Positions 1 through 7,906 of a stretch of 64,000 nt of DNA are shown here, in pieces. A program made the translations under genes and the position numbers. How positions within the stretch are numbered: the stretch's first letter is position 1; every line of letters begins with the position of its first letter. The DNA comes from Candidatus Saccharimonadales bacterium. GTDB taxonomy: Bacteria > Patescibacteriota > Saccharimonadia > Saccharimonadales > JBGSXW01. The notes under the pieces are model-generated. The model did no database searches. It was not told the origin of the DNA and saw only the letters and a program-made list of their open reading frames with translations. The stretch lies in assembly GCA_041751215.1 (NCBI GenBank), contig JBGSXW010000005.1, forward strand, positions 3,664 to 67,663, read 5' to 3'.

Positions 1-29
1 GGGACAACAAGCAAACCTCGTTACTATTT

Positions 30-422
30 ATGGGTATTCATGCAGTAGCATTGATCATATCAGAGGCATTTTTTAGCAAAAGTGGGCTCGATGGGTACAA
101 GTTATTCCTAGAAACATATGTAGACGGCGATGAAGATGATAAAAAATTTTCTAAAATAGCTACAACTATTCATGACTGGCGTAATATCTTAGCGCATCAA
201 TGGATAGGATCTACTGGGCATGATATAGGTTACGATTACGAAATGGATCTAGGTTGGCAAACTCGCAACGAGGTTACCTTTATAAACCCGAAAATTTATT
301 GTGAACAATACTTGTCCGTATTTCGTGCTGGCGGGAGAATGTGGAGCTATAAAGAACTTTTTTCTGAGGAACAGCTCGAAGAAATTAAATCGAGAATCAT
401 CGCCAAGTACGTAAAAAAATAA
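30..422 (+). CDS. hypothetical protein (frame stays open to the window edge, so possibly 5'-truncated)
   Basis: 130-aa ORF immediately upstream of the RM gene; no motif I recognise. Confidence 0.4.
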   Translation: MGIHAVALIISEAFFSKSGLDGYKLFLETYVDGDEDDKKFSKIATTIHDWRNILAHQWIGSTGHDIGYDYEMDLGWQTRNEVTFINPKIYCEQYLSVFRAGGRMWSYKELFSEEQLEEIKSRIIAKYVKK

Positions 423-499
423 CTATGCTGTGGGTATTTGGGTTACTTTTGTTTATAGCCTAACAACGTTAGAATATAGTTAAGGATGAGAAAAATATA

Positions 500-3400
500 A
501 TGGCAAACCTTTTTGGAAAAAACAAACTACGTGATAAAGCACTGCGATTAGACACTGAGAGCCTAGAAGACAAAATCGCAATTGTTAAAACATGGCATCA
601 CGACTACCACAACGGTAGCCTCAAAAAAGATAAGGAAACCTCTCGCGAACAAGCCTACAATTCAGACTTTTTCATCAAGATTCTCGGCTACAAAGAAAAA
701 CCATCTGTTCCATATAGCTTAGAACCAAAGGCAACCACTGAAAAAGGTCAGTTGCCTGATGCGGTCTTAGGTTTCACAGATGTTACGAAAGGCATTGTTA
801 ATATTGCCGCTGCAGTTGAGCTAAAAGGTGCATCCGTTGAACTTGACCGGCCACAACGCCGCGAGGGTAACATGAGCCCTGTCCAGCAAGGGTTCAAGTA
901 TAAGAGCCAGTATCGCAATTGTCCGTTTGTGATTGTGAGTAATTTCTGGGAGTTTCGTCTCTATCACGATAACCAACTAGACTACGAGCTTTGGACACTC
1001 GACGATCTGATTGACCCTAAAGATGACTACATTAAGTTCAAAACCTTCTACACCCTTATCCATAGCGATAATCTCACAAGTCCGAAGGGTTCTAGCAAAA
1101 CAGAGGACTTATTGAGTGATGTTCGTCTTGAGCAGGAAGAAATCGGTAGAAAATTCTATAAAGTATACGGTCAGGCACGTCATGAACTATTGCGTGATAT
1201 TTATAAGAAAAATGAGCATATAAAAACTGATATTGATACCGGCATCGAAAAGGCACAAAAAATTATTGACCGTATTGTTTTTGCTTGTTTTGCCGAAGAT
1301 CGAGGTTTACTTCCTGACGATACATTGCAGCGAGTTATTAAGGCAGCAGATACTTCTACGTTTGGCGGGTCTTTATGGTCTACCTTTAAGGCGTTCTTTG
1401 AAGCGATTGACGCAGGTAGCGAGAAACTTGATATCCCAGATGGTTACAATGGCGGCCTATTTGCACATGACTCAGTGTTAAATAGTCTCCAGATTAGCGA
1501 TGATGCTTTGCGTTCCGTCGCTAATATTAGTAACTACAATTTCGCCGAAAGCCTGAGTGTTACCATTCTTGGTCATATCTTTGAACAATCCATAAGCGAC
1601 CTAGAGGAAATAAAAAATAAGGTTAATGAAAGTCACAGTCTCAATACATTGCAGCAGTCTCGACGTAAGAAGGATGGCATATTTTATACTCCTGACTACA
1701 TAGTTCGTTACATCGTAGATAACTCACTAGGCACTTACTTGCGTGAATACGAGGAGCGATTCAAGCAAGAGTTTAGCCTCAAAGGTGATATCAACGACAA
1801 AAATTATGAGAAACGCGAGAAGCAGGCTTACAGCAAGTACCAAGAATTTCTGCAAAATGTGAAGGTTGTTGACCCTGCTTGTGGTTCTGGTGCGTTTCTT
1901 GTCTACGTGTTTGACTACTTGCTAGCGGAAAACAAGCGGGTTGCGAGCATACTTGGTAACAACCTTTTCTCGAGTGAAGACTATATAAAGTCAATTCTAC
2001 AAAACAACATTTATGGTGTTGACCTAAATGAGGAGTCAGTTGAGATTACTAAGCTTTCACTATGGCTTAAGACTGCTCAAAAAGGTAAGAAACTTACTGC
2101 TCTTGATGACAATATCAAATGCGGTAATAGCTTGATTGACGATCCTACTATAGCTGGTAGCAAAGCCTTCAATTGGCAAGAACAATTTGCGGATATTTTC
2201 AAAGATGGTGGGTTTGACATAGTTGTAGGCAACCCACCGTATGGTGTTAGTTTTAGTGCCGAAGAAAAAGCATACTTGTCCAAGTTTGATAATCTTGTGT
2301 CAGATTACGAAGCCTATATTTATTTCATATCACTTGTAAAGAAACTAGTAAAACCTGCTGGGATGCTATCCTACATATTCCCAAATACTTTCCTATCGAC
2401 ACTGTACGGTAAGAAGTACCGAGAGCAGCTTTTCTCAAATTATTCAGTTTTTGAAATGGTTGATTTATCGCGTGACCCAACATTTAGTGATGCTAGCGTT
2501 CGCACAGTAATCGTTAGCATTAAAAATTCTTCTAAAAACTATAGTTCACAGCTTAATGTCATAGACATAAGTAAAAATATTGTCTCATTTGCAAAGTATA
2601 GTAAGGATGACTTGTTGAAGAATAGTGAGAATCTACTAGTCCTCTTTACGCGGAGTGACGAAGCCAGTGCGTTAGTACAAAAAATACTAAGACAATCTAA
2701 GCCACTCAAGGACTACTTTTCAATCTCTCAGGGCTTAATACCCTACGATAAGTATCGCGGGCATGATGAGCATACGATTAAAAATCGTATCTGGCATTCT
2801 GATACTAAGAAAGATGAAACATATCGTCGAGAGCTTAAGGGCGGTGATATTACTCGATACTCACTCAACTGGAATGGTGGCTTATGGATTAGCTATGGTG
2901 ATTGGCTTGCAGCACCTCGTGAACCTAAGTTTTTTAGAGAGCCACGAATACTTGTCCGGGAAATCACCGATGATCAGCTTTACTGTGTATTTACAGATGA
3001 GGAATATTACAATACGCCATCATTAATTAATTGTGTAGGTAATAAGGGCGTTGATCAAATGTCAATCCTCGCAATTATGAATTCAAAACTCCTAGGATGG
3101 TATCATAACAACACTTCACCGAAGGCTAACAAGGGATTATTTCCAAAAATTCTCGTCAATGACGTTCGCAACCTACCAATAGTTACACCTACCAACAGTA
3201 AAGAGCTGTCCAGTAGGGCTGCAGTTATGCTGAATTTAAATAACAAGCTCGAAAGTAATTCTCAACACTTTCAAAACCTCCTATCCAGCGAATTCAAGTT
3301 AGATAAGTGGCCCACCAAACTATCAAAGTGGTGGAGACTTGAATTTACTGACCTTGTGACAGCATTAAAACTTAAGTTGTCTCTTCAGCAAAAAGATGAG

Positions 3401-3541
3401 CTGTTGCAGCTTTTTGAAAAGTATCGCCTTGAATGCTCGGAGCTTGACTTAAAAATTAATCAATTCGACCGTGAAATCGACCAGCTTGTCTACGAACTTT
3501 ATGACCTCACTAATGAAGAAACTAACCTTATAGAAAAATAA
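500..3541 (+). CDS. type IIG restriction endonuclease / N6-adenine DNA methyltransferase (MmeI-like fused enzyme)
   Basis: 1013 aa. N-terminal PD-ExK-like motif (PDAVLGF...AAAVELKG). SAM motif I VVDPACGSGAFLV. Catalytic motif IV VVGNPPYG. Long C-terminal specificity-like region. Confidence 0.85.
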   Translation: MANLFGKNKLRDKALRLDTESLEDKIAIVKTWHHDYHNGSLKKDKETSREQAYNSDFFIKILGYKEKPSVPYSLEPKATTEKGQLPDAVLGFTDVTKGIVNIAAAVELKGASVELDRPQRREGNMSPVQQGFKYKSQYRNCPFVIVSNFWEFRLYHDNQLDYELWTLDDLIDPKDDYIKFKTFYTLIHSDNLTSPKGSSKTEDLLSDVRLEQEEIGRKFYKVYGQARHELLRDIYKKNEHIKTDIDTGIEKAQKIIDRIVFACFAEDRGLLPDDTLQRVIKAADTSTFGGSLWSTFKAFFEAIDAGSEKLDIPDGYNGGLFAHDSVLNSLQISDDALRSVANISNYNFAESLSVTILGHIFEQSISDLEEIKNKVNESHSLNTLQQSRRKKDGIFYTPDYIVRYIVDNSLGTYLREYEERFKQEFSLKGDINDKNYEKREKQAYSKYQEFLQNVKVVDPACGSGAFLVYVFDYLLAENKRVASILGNNLFSSEDYIKSILQNNIYGVDLNEESVEITKLSLWLKTAQKGKKLTALDDNIKCGNSLIDDPTIAGSKAFNWQEQFADIFKDGGFDIVVGNPPYGVSFSAEEKAYLSKFDNLVSDYEAYIYFISLVKKLVKPAGMLSYIFPNTFLSTLYGKKYREQLFSNYSVFEMVDLSRDPTFSDASVRTVIVSIKNSSKNYSSQLNVIDISKNIVSFAKYSKDDLLKNSENLLVLFTRSDEASALVQKILRQSKPLKDYFSISQGLIPYDKYRGHDEHTIKNRIWHSDTKKDETYRRELKGGDITRYSLNWNGGLWISYGDWLAAPREPKFFREPRILVREITDDQLYCVFTDEEYYNTPSLINCVGNKGVDQMSILAIMNSKLLGWYHNNTSPKANKGLFPKILVNDVRNLPIVTPTNSKELSSRAAVMLNLNNKLESNSQHFQNLLSSEFKLDKWPTKLSKWWRLEFTDLVTALKLKLSLQQKDELLQLFEKYRLECSELDLKINQFDREIDQLVYELYDLTNEETNLIEK

Positions 3542-3546
3542 TAGAA

Positions 3547-4098
3547 ATGGGCAAATTAGAGATTTTAGATGTGTTATTAAGCAATATGGCTGTTTCTATC
3601 GGTAGAAACATACAGACGATTGAATCCATTGCGACAATCGCTGCTATTTGCGCTGGTCTTTGGTGGTTCTATAAAAGACGAGAAAAAGCTCCCAGGGCTA
3701 ATGTAGAACACCAAGTTAAGTTCATTGACCTAAAAAATGGAACTGTCTATGTGGGTGTTCATGTAAGCATTCAAAATACCGGCAATGTGATAATACGGCC
3801 AAAGGTCGAACAGAATCCCTCAAGCGTTGTAGTTGTTGAAGAACTTATGCCATACCTCAATAAGAAGCTTGAGTCACAGGAGCTATCGCCTGAGTATAAA
3901 ATGGGCTTTCTTGGGTCACGGACTTTTCCGCCAAAGATATGCATAGAGCCAGGAGAGAAGCAATCAATTCTATTCGAGTTTGTAATTCAGGGCAGTACTA
4001 AATCGATTAAAGTTTATTCACATATAGATAACAGCTATAATGGTGGTATAGGTTGGGACGCAACAACAATTCATGAGGTAAGATATGAGCGAGAATGA
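3547..4098 (+). CDS. hypothetical membrane protein
   Basis: 183-aa ORF 6 nt after the RM stop; one N-terminal hydrophobic helix (IATIAAICAGLWWFY). Confidence 0.5.
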   Translation: MGKLEILDVLLSNMAVSIGRNIQTIESIATIAAICAGLWWFYKRREKAPRANVEHQVKFIDLKNGTVYVGVHVSIQNTGNVIIRPKVEQNPSSVVVVEELMPYLNKKLESQELSPEYKMGFLGSRTFPPKICIEPGEKQSILFEFVIQGSTKSIKVYSHIDNSYNGGIGWDATTIHEVRYERE

Positions 4099-4288
4099 CC
4101 AGAAAAAGATAATCCAAGAGCAAGCTGAGGCAAATCAGAGAATTATTCAAGCTGTTGAGCAACAGCAAGAGGGCACATTTCAAGGTCAAGCACCTGTCAA
4201 TGAAAGAATAAAGCAAATGGGACCAAACGAGAGAATAGAAAATAAACCACAGCCTTCACCTCCAGAAGAAGACAGTAAACCAGAATAG
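4085..4288 (+). CDS. hypothetical small Q/E-rich protein
   Basis: 67-aa ORF overlapping the previous stop by 14 nt; low complexity. Confidence 0.3.
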   Translation: MSENDQKKIIQEQAEANQRIIQAVEQQQEGTFQGQAPVNERIKQMGPNERIENKPQPSPPEEDSKPE

Positions 4289-4357
4289 GTAGCTCCTAAG
4301 CACAAGAATGTGTTAGGCTAGTCCTACATGATGTAAGGGTATACTCTCCTCGCTTTA

Positions 4358-4424
4358 CTATAGCTTTTTTGCGTTTTTATAGTATAGTTAGCGCATCAAC
4401 GCATGAGTTTTGTGTGTTGGGAAC
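4358..4424 (+). promoter_or_regulatory. conserved 5' module of GC-rich cassette 1 (putative -10 TATAGT at 4383-4388, then leader GCGCATCAACGC...TTGGGAAC)
   Basis: Aligns with 5630-5698 (CTATAG..TTTTT..TATA(G/A)T..GCG(C/T)ATCAA(C/T)GC..TTGTG..GTTGGGAAC). Confidence 0.5.
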
Positions 4425-4471
4425 TTTTCGGTGATGTCAGAAGTAATTTCGACGATTAGAAAGGTGTTACG

Positions 4472-4678
4472 GTGACGAACATCGGTAGAACACATGATAT
4501 CGGGCTCGTCTACGACGGCCCCGCCAACATGCCCGCCCCTCGACCGATCGAGGCCGCGGAAAACCGCTTCCTCGACGCAGTCGCAGTCCTGATGGTGATC
4601 GCCATACCCTTTGTGATCGCCATACCCTTTGTGTTCGCCTACCGCAAGTTCCGCGAGTTGATCTTCCGCAAGTCCTAG
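4472..4678 (+). CDS. small hydrophobic protein, GC-rich cassette 1
   Basis: GTG start 5 nt after AAAGGTG; 68 aa; contains a duplicated VIAIPF segment in a predicted TM helix. Confidence 0.45.
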   Translation: MTNIGRTHDIGLVYDGPANMPAPRPIEAAENRFLDAVAVLMVIAIPFVIAIPFVFAYRKFRELIFRKS

Positions 4679-4709
4679 CAGACGGTTCGCCGTCAGAAAG
4701 GAGCGTCCA

Positions 4710-5096
4710 ATGGAGACGCTGCGCAGCAATCAGATCAAGCTGAAGCCGCTCAGAACAACGGGCGACTATGTGTTGGCCGATGAGCTTGGCAACAACTTCT
4801 TCGGCCTGGGGACGATCGAGCAGGCTCTGACCTTTCGGGGTCAGCGCTTCCTCTACCGGGGCTGCACGATCACCATCATCGAGCATGATGAGATGCCCGG
4901 TGCCGTCTTGCCGGTAGTGAGAGTCCACTCCGCCCCCTGCAAGCAGTGCCAGGCCAAGGTTTCGACCATCTGCCATCTCGAGACCTCGTGGACCCTCGTC
5001 CAGCTCAGGCTCAAATACGAGATGTGGCGCCATCGTTGCAACTACGACCGCCTGGTCGTCGACGTCCTGCCGCCCATCAACGTCAAGCCCACCTAG
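4710..5096 (+). CDS. small CxxC protein, paralog 1 (GC-rich cassette 1)
   Basis: ATG preceded by AAGGAG. Shares the pattern GQxF..G...(~25 aa)..CxxC...(8 aa)..W with ORFs 5124-5501 and 5826-6578. Confidence 0.55.
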   Translation: METLRSNQIKLKPLRTTGDYVLADELGNNFFGLGTIEQALTFRGQRFLYRGCTITIIEHDEMPGAVLPVVRVHSAPCKQCQAKVSTICHLETSWTLVQLRLKYEMWRHRCNYDRLVVDVLPPINVKPT

Positions 5097-5123
5097 GTCA
5101 CCTACCACAAGCGAGGCGGTTCA

Positions 5124-5501
5124 ATGCCAAGCAACATCCAACTCCAACCCATCCGCAATCGAAGGGACCGGCGTCGAGCAGCTCAGTACGGCAATTCCCT
5201 GTTCGGGCTCGGTCTCCTTCCGGAAGAAGGCCTCACAAGCGGACAGAAGTTCACCTTCTGCGGCTATCTGATCCAGTACTTCGATGGTCGATTGGTTTCG
5301 CCGTCGAGAGATGGTCAATCCAACTTCTACCGAAGCAAGGTCACGTGCTTCTGCCCGTGCTGTGGCGAGGAGATGAGCGAACTGTTCAACTTCGACACCG
5401 AATGGACCGAGGTTCATCAGCACATGTGCGGAGAGCGTGACGCCCACCAGTGTGACGCGCCCGAGCTGGCTGTACCGGATGCGAACTTCGCTTCCGTCTG
5501 A
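5124..5501 (+). CDS. small CxxC/zinc-ribbon-like protein, paralog 2 (GC-rich cassette 1)
   Basis: SD-like GAGGCGG upstream; motifs SGQKFTFCGY, CPCCGEEM, TEW, and a second Cys pair MCGERDAHQC. Confidence 0.55.
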   Translation: MPSNIQLQPIRNRRDRRRAAQYGNSLFGLGLLPEEGLTSGQKFTFCGYLIQYFDGRLVSPSRDGQSNFYRSKVTCFCPCCGEEMSELFNFDTEWTEVHQHMCGERDAHQCDAPELAVPDANFASV

Positions 5502-5558
5502 CATCATCCACCGTGCGCCGGCAGGAACCACTCTTTCCCAAGAGACTCCTGCCGGCGC
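5499..5558 (+). repeat. conserved 3' module of cassette 1 (TGA-CATCATCCACC + 40-nt nested hairpin CGGCAGGAACCACTCTTTCCCAAGAGACTCCTGCCGGCGC)
   Basis: The 40-nt core 5519-5558 is identical to 6599-6638. Confidence 0.8.
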
Positions 5559-5575
5559 CATCAACTTTGTTTAAG

Positions 5576-5597
5576 CCCTCAGATTGAGGGATTTTTT
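5576..5597 (+). terminator. intrinsic terminator candidate
   Basis: CCCTC-AGATT-GAGGG followed by ATTTTTT. Confidence 0.5.
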
Positions 5598-5629
5598 ATG
5601 CTCAAAATCAACAAAAGCACTACCGTAAA

Positions 5630-5698
5630 GCTATAGACTTTTTACTGTTAATCTTGTATAATCTGCGTATCAATGCGTCTTGTGACGGGTTGGGAACG
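5630..5698 (+). promoter_or_regulatory. conserved 5' module of GC-rich cassette 2 (extended -10 TGTATAAT at 5655-5662, then leader GCGTATCAATGCG...TTGGGAAC)
   Basis: Homologous to 4358-4424. Confidence 0.5.
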
Positions 5699-5825
5699 TT
5701 AAGATGATGGTCAATTCCCCTAAGTTTAATTCGAGTACTCGAATGTGGCTTTGAGGTTGCACTAAACATAGGCAGCTTCTGAGCCATATTCGAGCAACAC
5801 TCGTGACAACAAGGGAGATAACAAC

Positions 5826-6578
5826 ATGTTCAAGTTCATCAGCAAGCTGTTCAAGAAGAAGTCGGAGGAATCGGCCTACAAGATCTGGGGTCGCCACGAG
5901 CTGCCGCTCCCCAAGGGCCCAAACAGCACCTGGACGGACCGCCTGATCGGTCAGGAGTTCGTGATCGACGGCTACAACTTCGTGATCGTCGGGGAATCGA
6001 ACGCCCACGAGGGGATCTCGGCCCGTCTCGAACTTCCGTGCAAATCCTGTGGCCAGCCACATCGCTTGTGGCTCAGCGTCACCGCGACCTGGGATGATGT
6101 GCTGATGACGATCTTGAGCTTCGCCGAGAAGAGCTGCGACGACTGCAACCAGGTGCTCAACGGTGATATCGACCGCGTCGAAGAGGAGATGGCGAAGAAC
6201 GTCGAGGAGTGGAAAGGCATCGAGAAAGCTCTCGTGGCTTCCGGCCTCGACCTCGATTCCCTCGACCTCTTGGTCAACGACTCCGGCGAAGTCGACTGCG
6301 TCAGCCAGTTCCTCTGGCTCAAGTCTGGCTGGGTACCGCTCTGGCTGTACAGCCGTCGTGGTTTCCCAAGGGATCTGAGCAAGATAAACGAGCTCAAGCA
6401 CATGCTCGGCGTCAACGCCCACATCGAGGGAAACCTGATCTGCTTCTCGCCGATCCATGTGATGCGACCCAGTCGGATCGAAGAGTTCAACGAAGAGCTG
6501 GCAGAACTCCGCAAGCACCAGAACACCATGGAAGCCCACCGCCTCGCCCGCGCGTCGCGCAACACGAGCTCCATCTGA
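5826..6578 (+). CDS. CxxC/zinc-ribbon-like protein, paralog 3 with a C-terminal extension (GC-rich cassette 2)
   Basis: ATG preceded by AGGGAG; motifs IGQEFVIDGY, CKSCGQ, TATW, CDDC; 250 aa. Confidence 0.55.
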   Translation: MFKFISKLFKKKSEESAYKIWGRHELPLPKGPNSTWTDRLIGQEFVIDGYNFVIVGESNAHEGISARLELPCKSCGQPHRLWLSVTATWDDVLMTILSFAEKSCDDCNQVLNGDIDRVEEEMAKNVEEWKGIEKALVASGLDLDSLDLLVNDSGEVDCVSQFLWLKSGWVPLWLYSRRGFPRDLSKINELKHMLGVNAHIEGNLICFSPIHVMRPSRIEEFNEELAELRKHQNTMEAHRLARASRNTSSI

Positions 6579-6638
6579 CCATCATCCACCCCTTGCGTCG
6601 GCAGGAACCACTCTTTCCCAAGAGACTCCTGCCGGCGC
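6576..6638 (+). repeat. conserved 3' module of cassette 2
   Basis: TGACCATCATCCACC plus the same 40-nt hairpin as 5519-5558, followed by a T-run. Confidence 0.8.
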
Positions 6639-6664
6639 ATTTTTCTTTTCATCGCCCTTTTCCA

Positions 6665-6854
6665 CGCATCAGCTAAAACTCCTGAATTTGGGAGGGAGAA
6701 ACCCGGCGTAGCGAGGACTGTCCGCCAGCCGGCGGACGGGTTCCGCAGCCGCCCGAGTCCTTGGGTGAGCCAAGCTCATGAGAGTTTTTACAGCAGCGGG
6801 AAAGTTTTGAGCCACTTTTTAAAAAGTGGCGACCACCCCCGTCGTGGAAACGAC
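6665..6854 (-). repeat. element A, copy 1 (subfamily A1)
   Basis: Near-identical over long stretches to 47225-47395, and reverse-complement homologous to 19134-19311 and 55449-55636. Contains the palindrome GCCACTTTTTAAAAAGTGGC (6811-6830). Confidence 0.8.
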
Positions 6855-6879
6855 AAGCAAATTTAAGTTCTTAAAACGC

Positions 6880-7296
6880 CTAGCTAGCTAAGAGCCCAAA
6901 AACCAGGCCCATCATCGCATAACTTGTAACCACAAACAGCGCGTCAATAACTAGTAGTTTCTTGCGTCGCTTACCGAAGCCGTACATGGTAACTAGCGTT
7001 GTAACGGCGATACCCGAGCCGATAAAGGCTGCGTCAAACATCCCGTCAACCACTCCTTTAACGCCAATTAGTACTAACCCCAGAACTGTTGCACTAACAA
7101 ACGCCATCACCACCATTACGGCCATCATGGTCATGTTGGTTGACTCTAAGTCCTTCTTTTTTAAGCCAGAGGCTTTCATCCACTCGTTGCCGGCTACTGC
7201 TGGGCTATACCAAAGCATTCCCCAAAGAATGCTAACTACAGCTGCCACGACAACAGCCGACCAATTTAGGTTTTCTAGTGCTAATGAGAAGTCCAT
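6880..7296 (-). CDS. DUF1761-like membrane protein
   Basis: 138 aa, four hydrophobic helices; N-terminus NWSAVVVAAVVSILWGMLWYSP..W is paralogous to ORF 32005-32421. Confidence 0.55.
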   Translation of the reverse strand: MDFSLALENLNWSAVVVAAVVSILWGMLWYSPAVAGNEWMKASGLKKKDLESTNMTMMAVMVVMAFVSATVLGLVLIGVKGVVDGMFDAAFIGSGIAVTTLVTMYGFGKRRKKLLVIDALFVVTSYAMMGLVFGLLAS

Positions 7297-7465
7297 AGCT
7301 CCCCTCCTTTGTAATTACTTAAGCTTATTCTAACACTGGCGCAATTAAACCCCAATTGACTCTGTGGTTGCTTGTGCTATAACTGAACAGTTCGCTTTAG
7401 GGGTGAACGAGGTGTACCAGAGGCCTCAGAAGCAAATACTCTGGTAGTACGTTGAGGAGGAAATC

Positions 7466-7816
7466 TTGGGCGTCATAACGGGTAACCGGGTTGGCCGCGA
7501 GGAACGAACTGCAAGTAGTGCTCGGCGAATCGATGAGGGCATGCTACCTGACGGACACGCCGTGGTGCTGATCCTGGGCAGTACGACCTACATCTGCTCA
7601 CACTGCCGCTACGCAGTCGTCATCGGTGAGTACACCCACAAAACGTCACCGGCCGGTACAGACCTGCTCGCTTTCAAAGACGAAGCTGGTGAGCACGACG
7701 AGCGGATCTGCGGCAAGCATTTCACCATGTACGACGATCGCCGCGACCAGGCCAAGCGCGCGCCGCTACCACAGTGGTTCGACCGCCTCGGATCAGTGAT
7801 CTACGACGAAGACTGA
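7466..7816 (+). CDS. hypothetical GC-rich Cys-containing protein
   Basis: TTG start 5 nt after GAGGAGG; CSHC...CGKH motifs; GC-richer than the flanks. Confidence 0.45.
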   Translation: MGVITGNRVGREERTASSARRIDEGMLPDGHAVVLILGSTTYICSHCRYAVVIGEYTHKTSPAGTDLLAFKDEAGEHDERICGKHFTMYDDRRDQAKRAPLPQWFDRLGSVIYDED

Positions 7817-7906
7817 CGGCTTTGGGTCGGGTGCGAGCGTAAGCTCACAAAGCACCCGGCCCTAGCCAGTCAATCCGAATCTCCTCCTCAACTTTTTTTC
7901 TTGAAT

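Noticed and set aside
1233-3026. Small internal or antisense ORFs inside the RM gene (1233-1481, 1791-1994, 2077-2283, 2763-3026), and similar nested ORFs inside pilB, pnp, rnj, ftsK and others
   Set aside because: They are fully nested in strongly supported conserved genes and have no independent signals.
4358-6638. Integron gene-cassette array
   Set aside because: There is no intI gene nearby. The 3' hairpins lack the attC R/L core sites (GTTRRRY), and each cassette carries its own promoter, unlike integron cassettes.
4388-6652. Long minus-strand ORFs across the GC-rich cassettes (4467-5108, 5121-5564, 5670-6539, 5972-6652) and alternative plus-frame ORFs (4946-5440, 6209-6676)
   Set aside because: These are typical shadow ORFs of GC-rich DNA, with R/P/G/A-rich products. 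They lack SD sequences and run through the conserved promoter and leader modules. The chosen plus-strand ORFs have SDs and share a paralog motif.
6690-6730. Element A as RNase P RNA (GAGAAACCCGGCGTAGCGAGGACTGTCC resembles the P4 strands ACAGAACCCGGCUUA and GAGGAAAGUCCGGGC)
   Set aside because: The two motifs are adjacent and in the wrong order. The element is only ~180 nt and present in four or more copies, and the other universal RNase P helices are not evident. The resemblance is probably coincidental.
6811-6830. T/A-centred palindromes as classical bidirectional intrinsic terminators
   Set aside because: The U-tract would lie in the loop, not 3' of the stem. Some copies sit in promoter-side or intra-operon positions.
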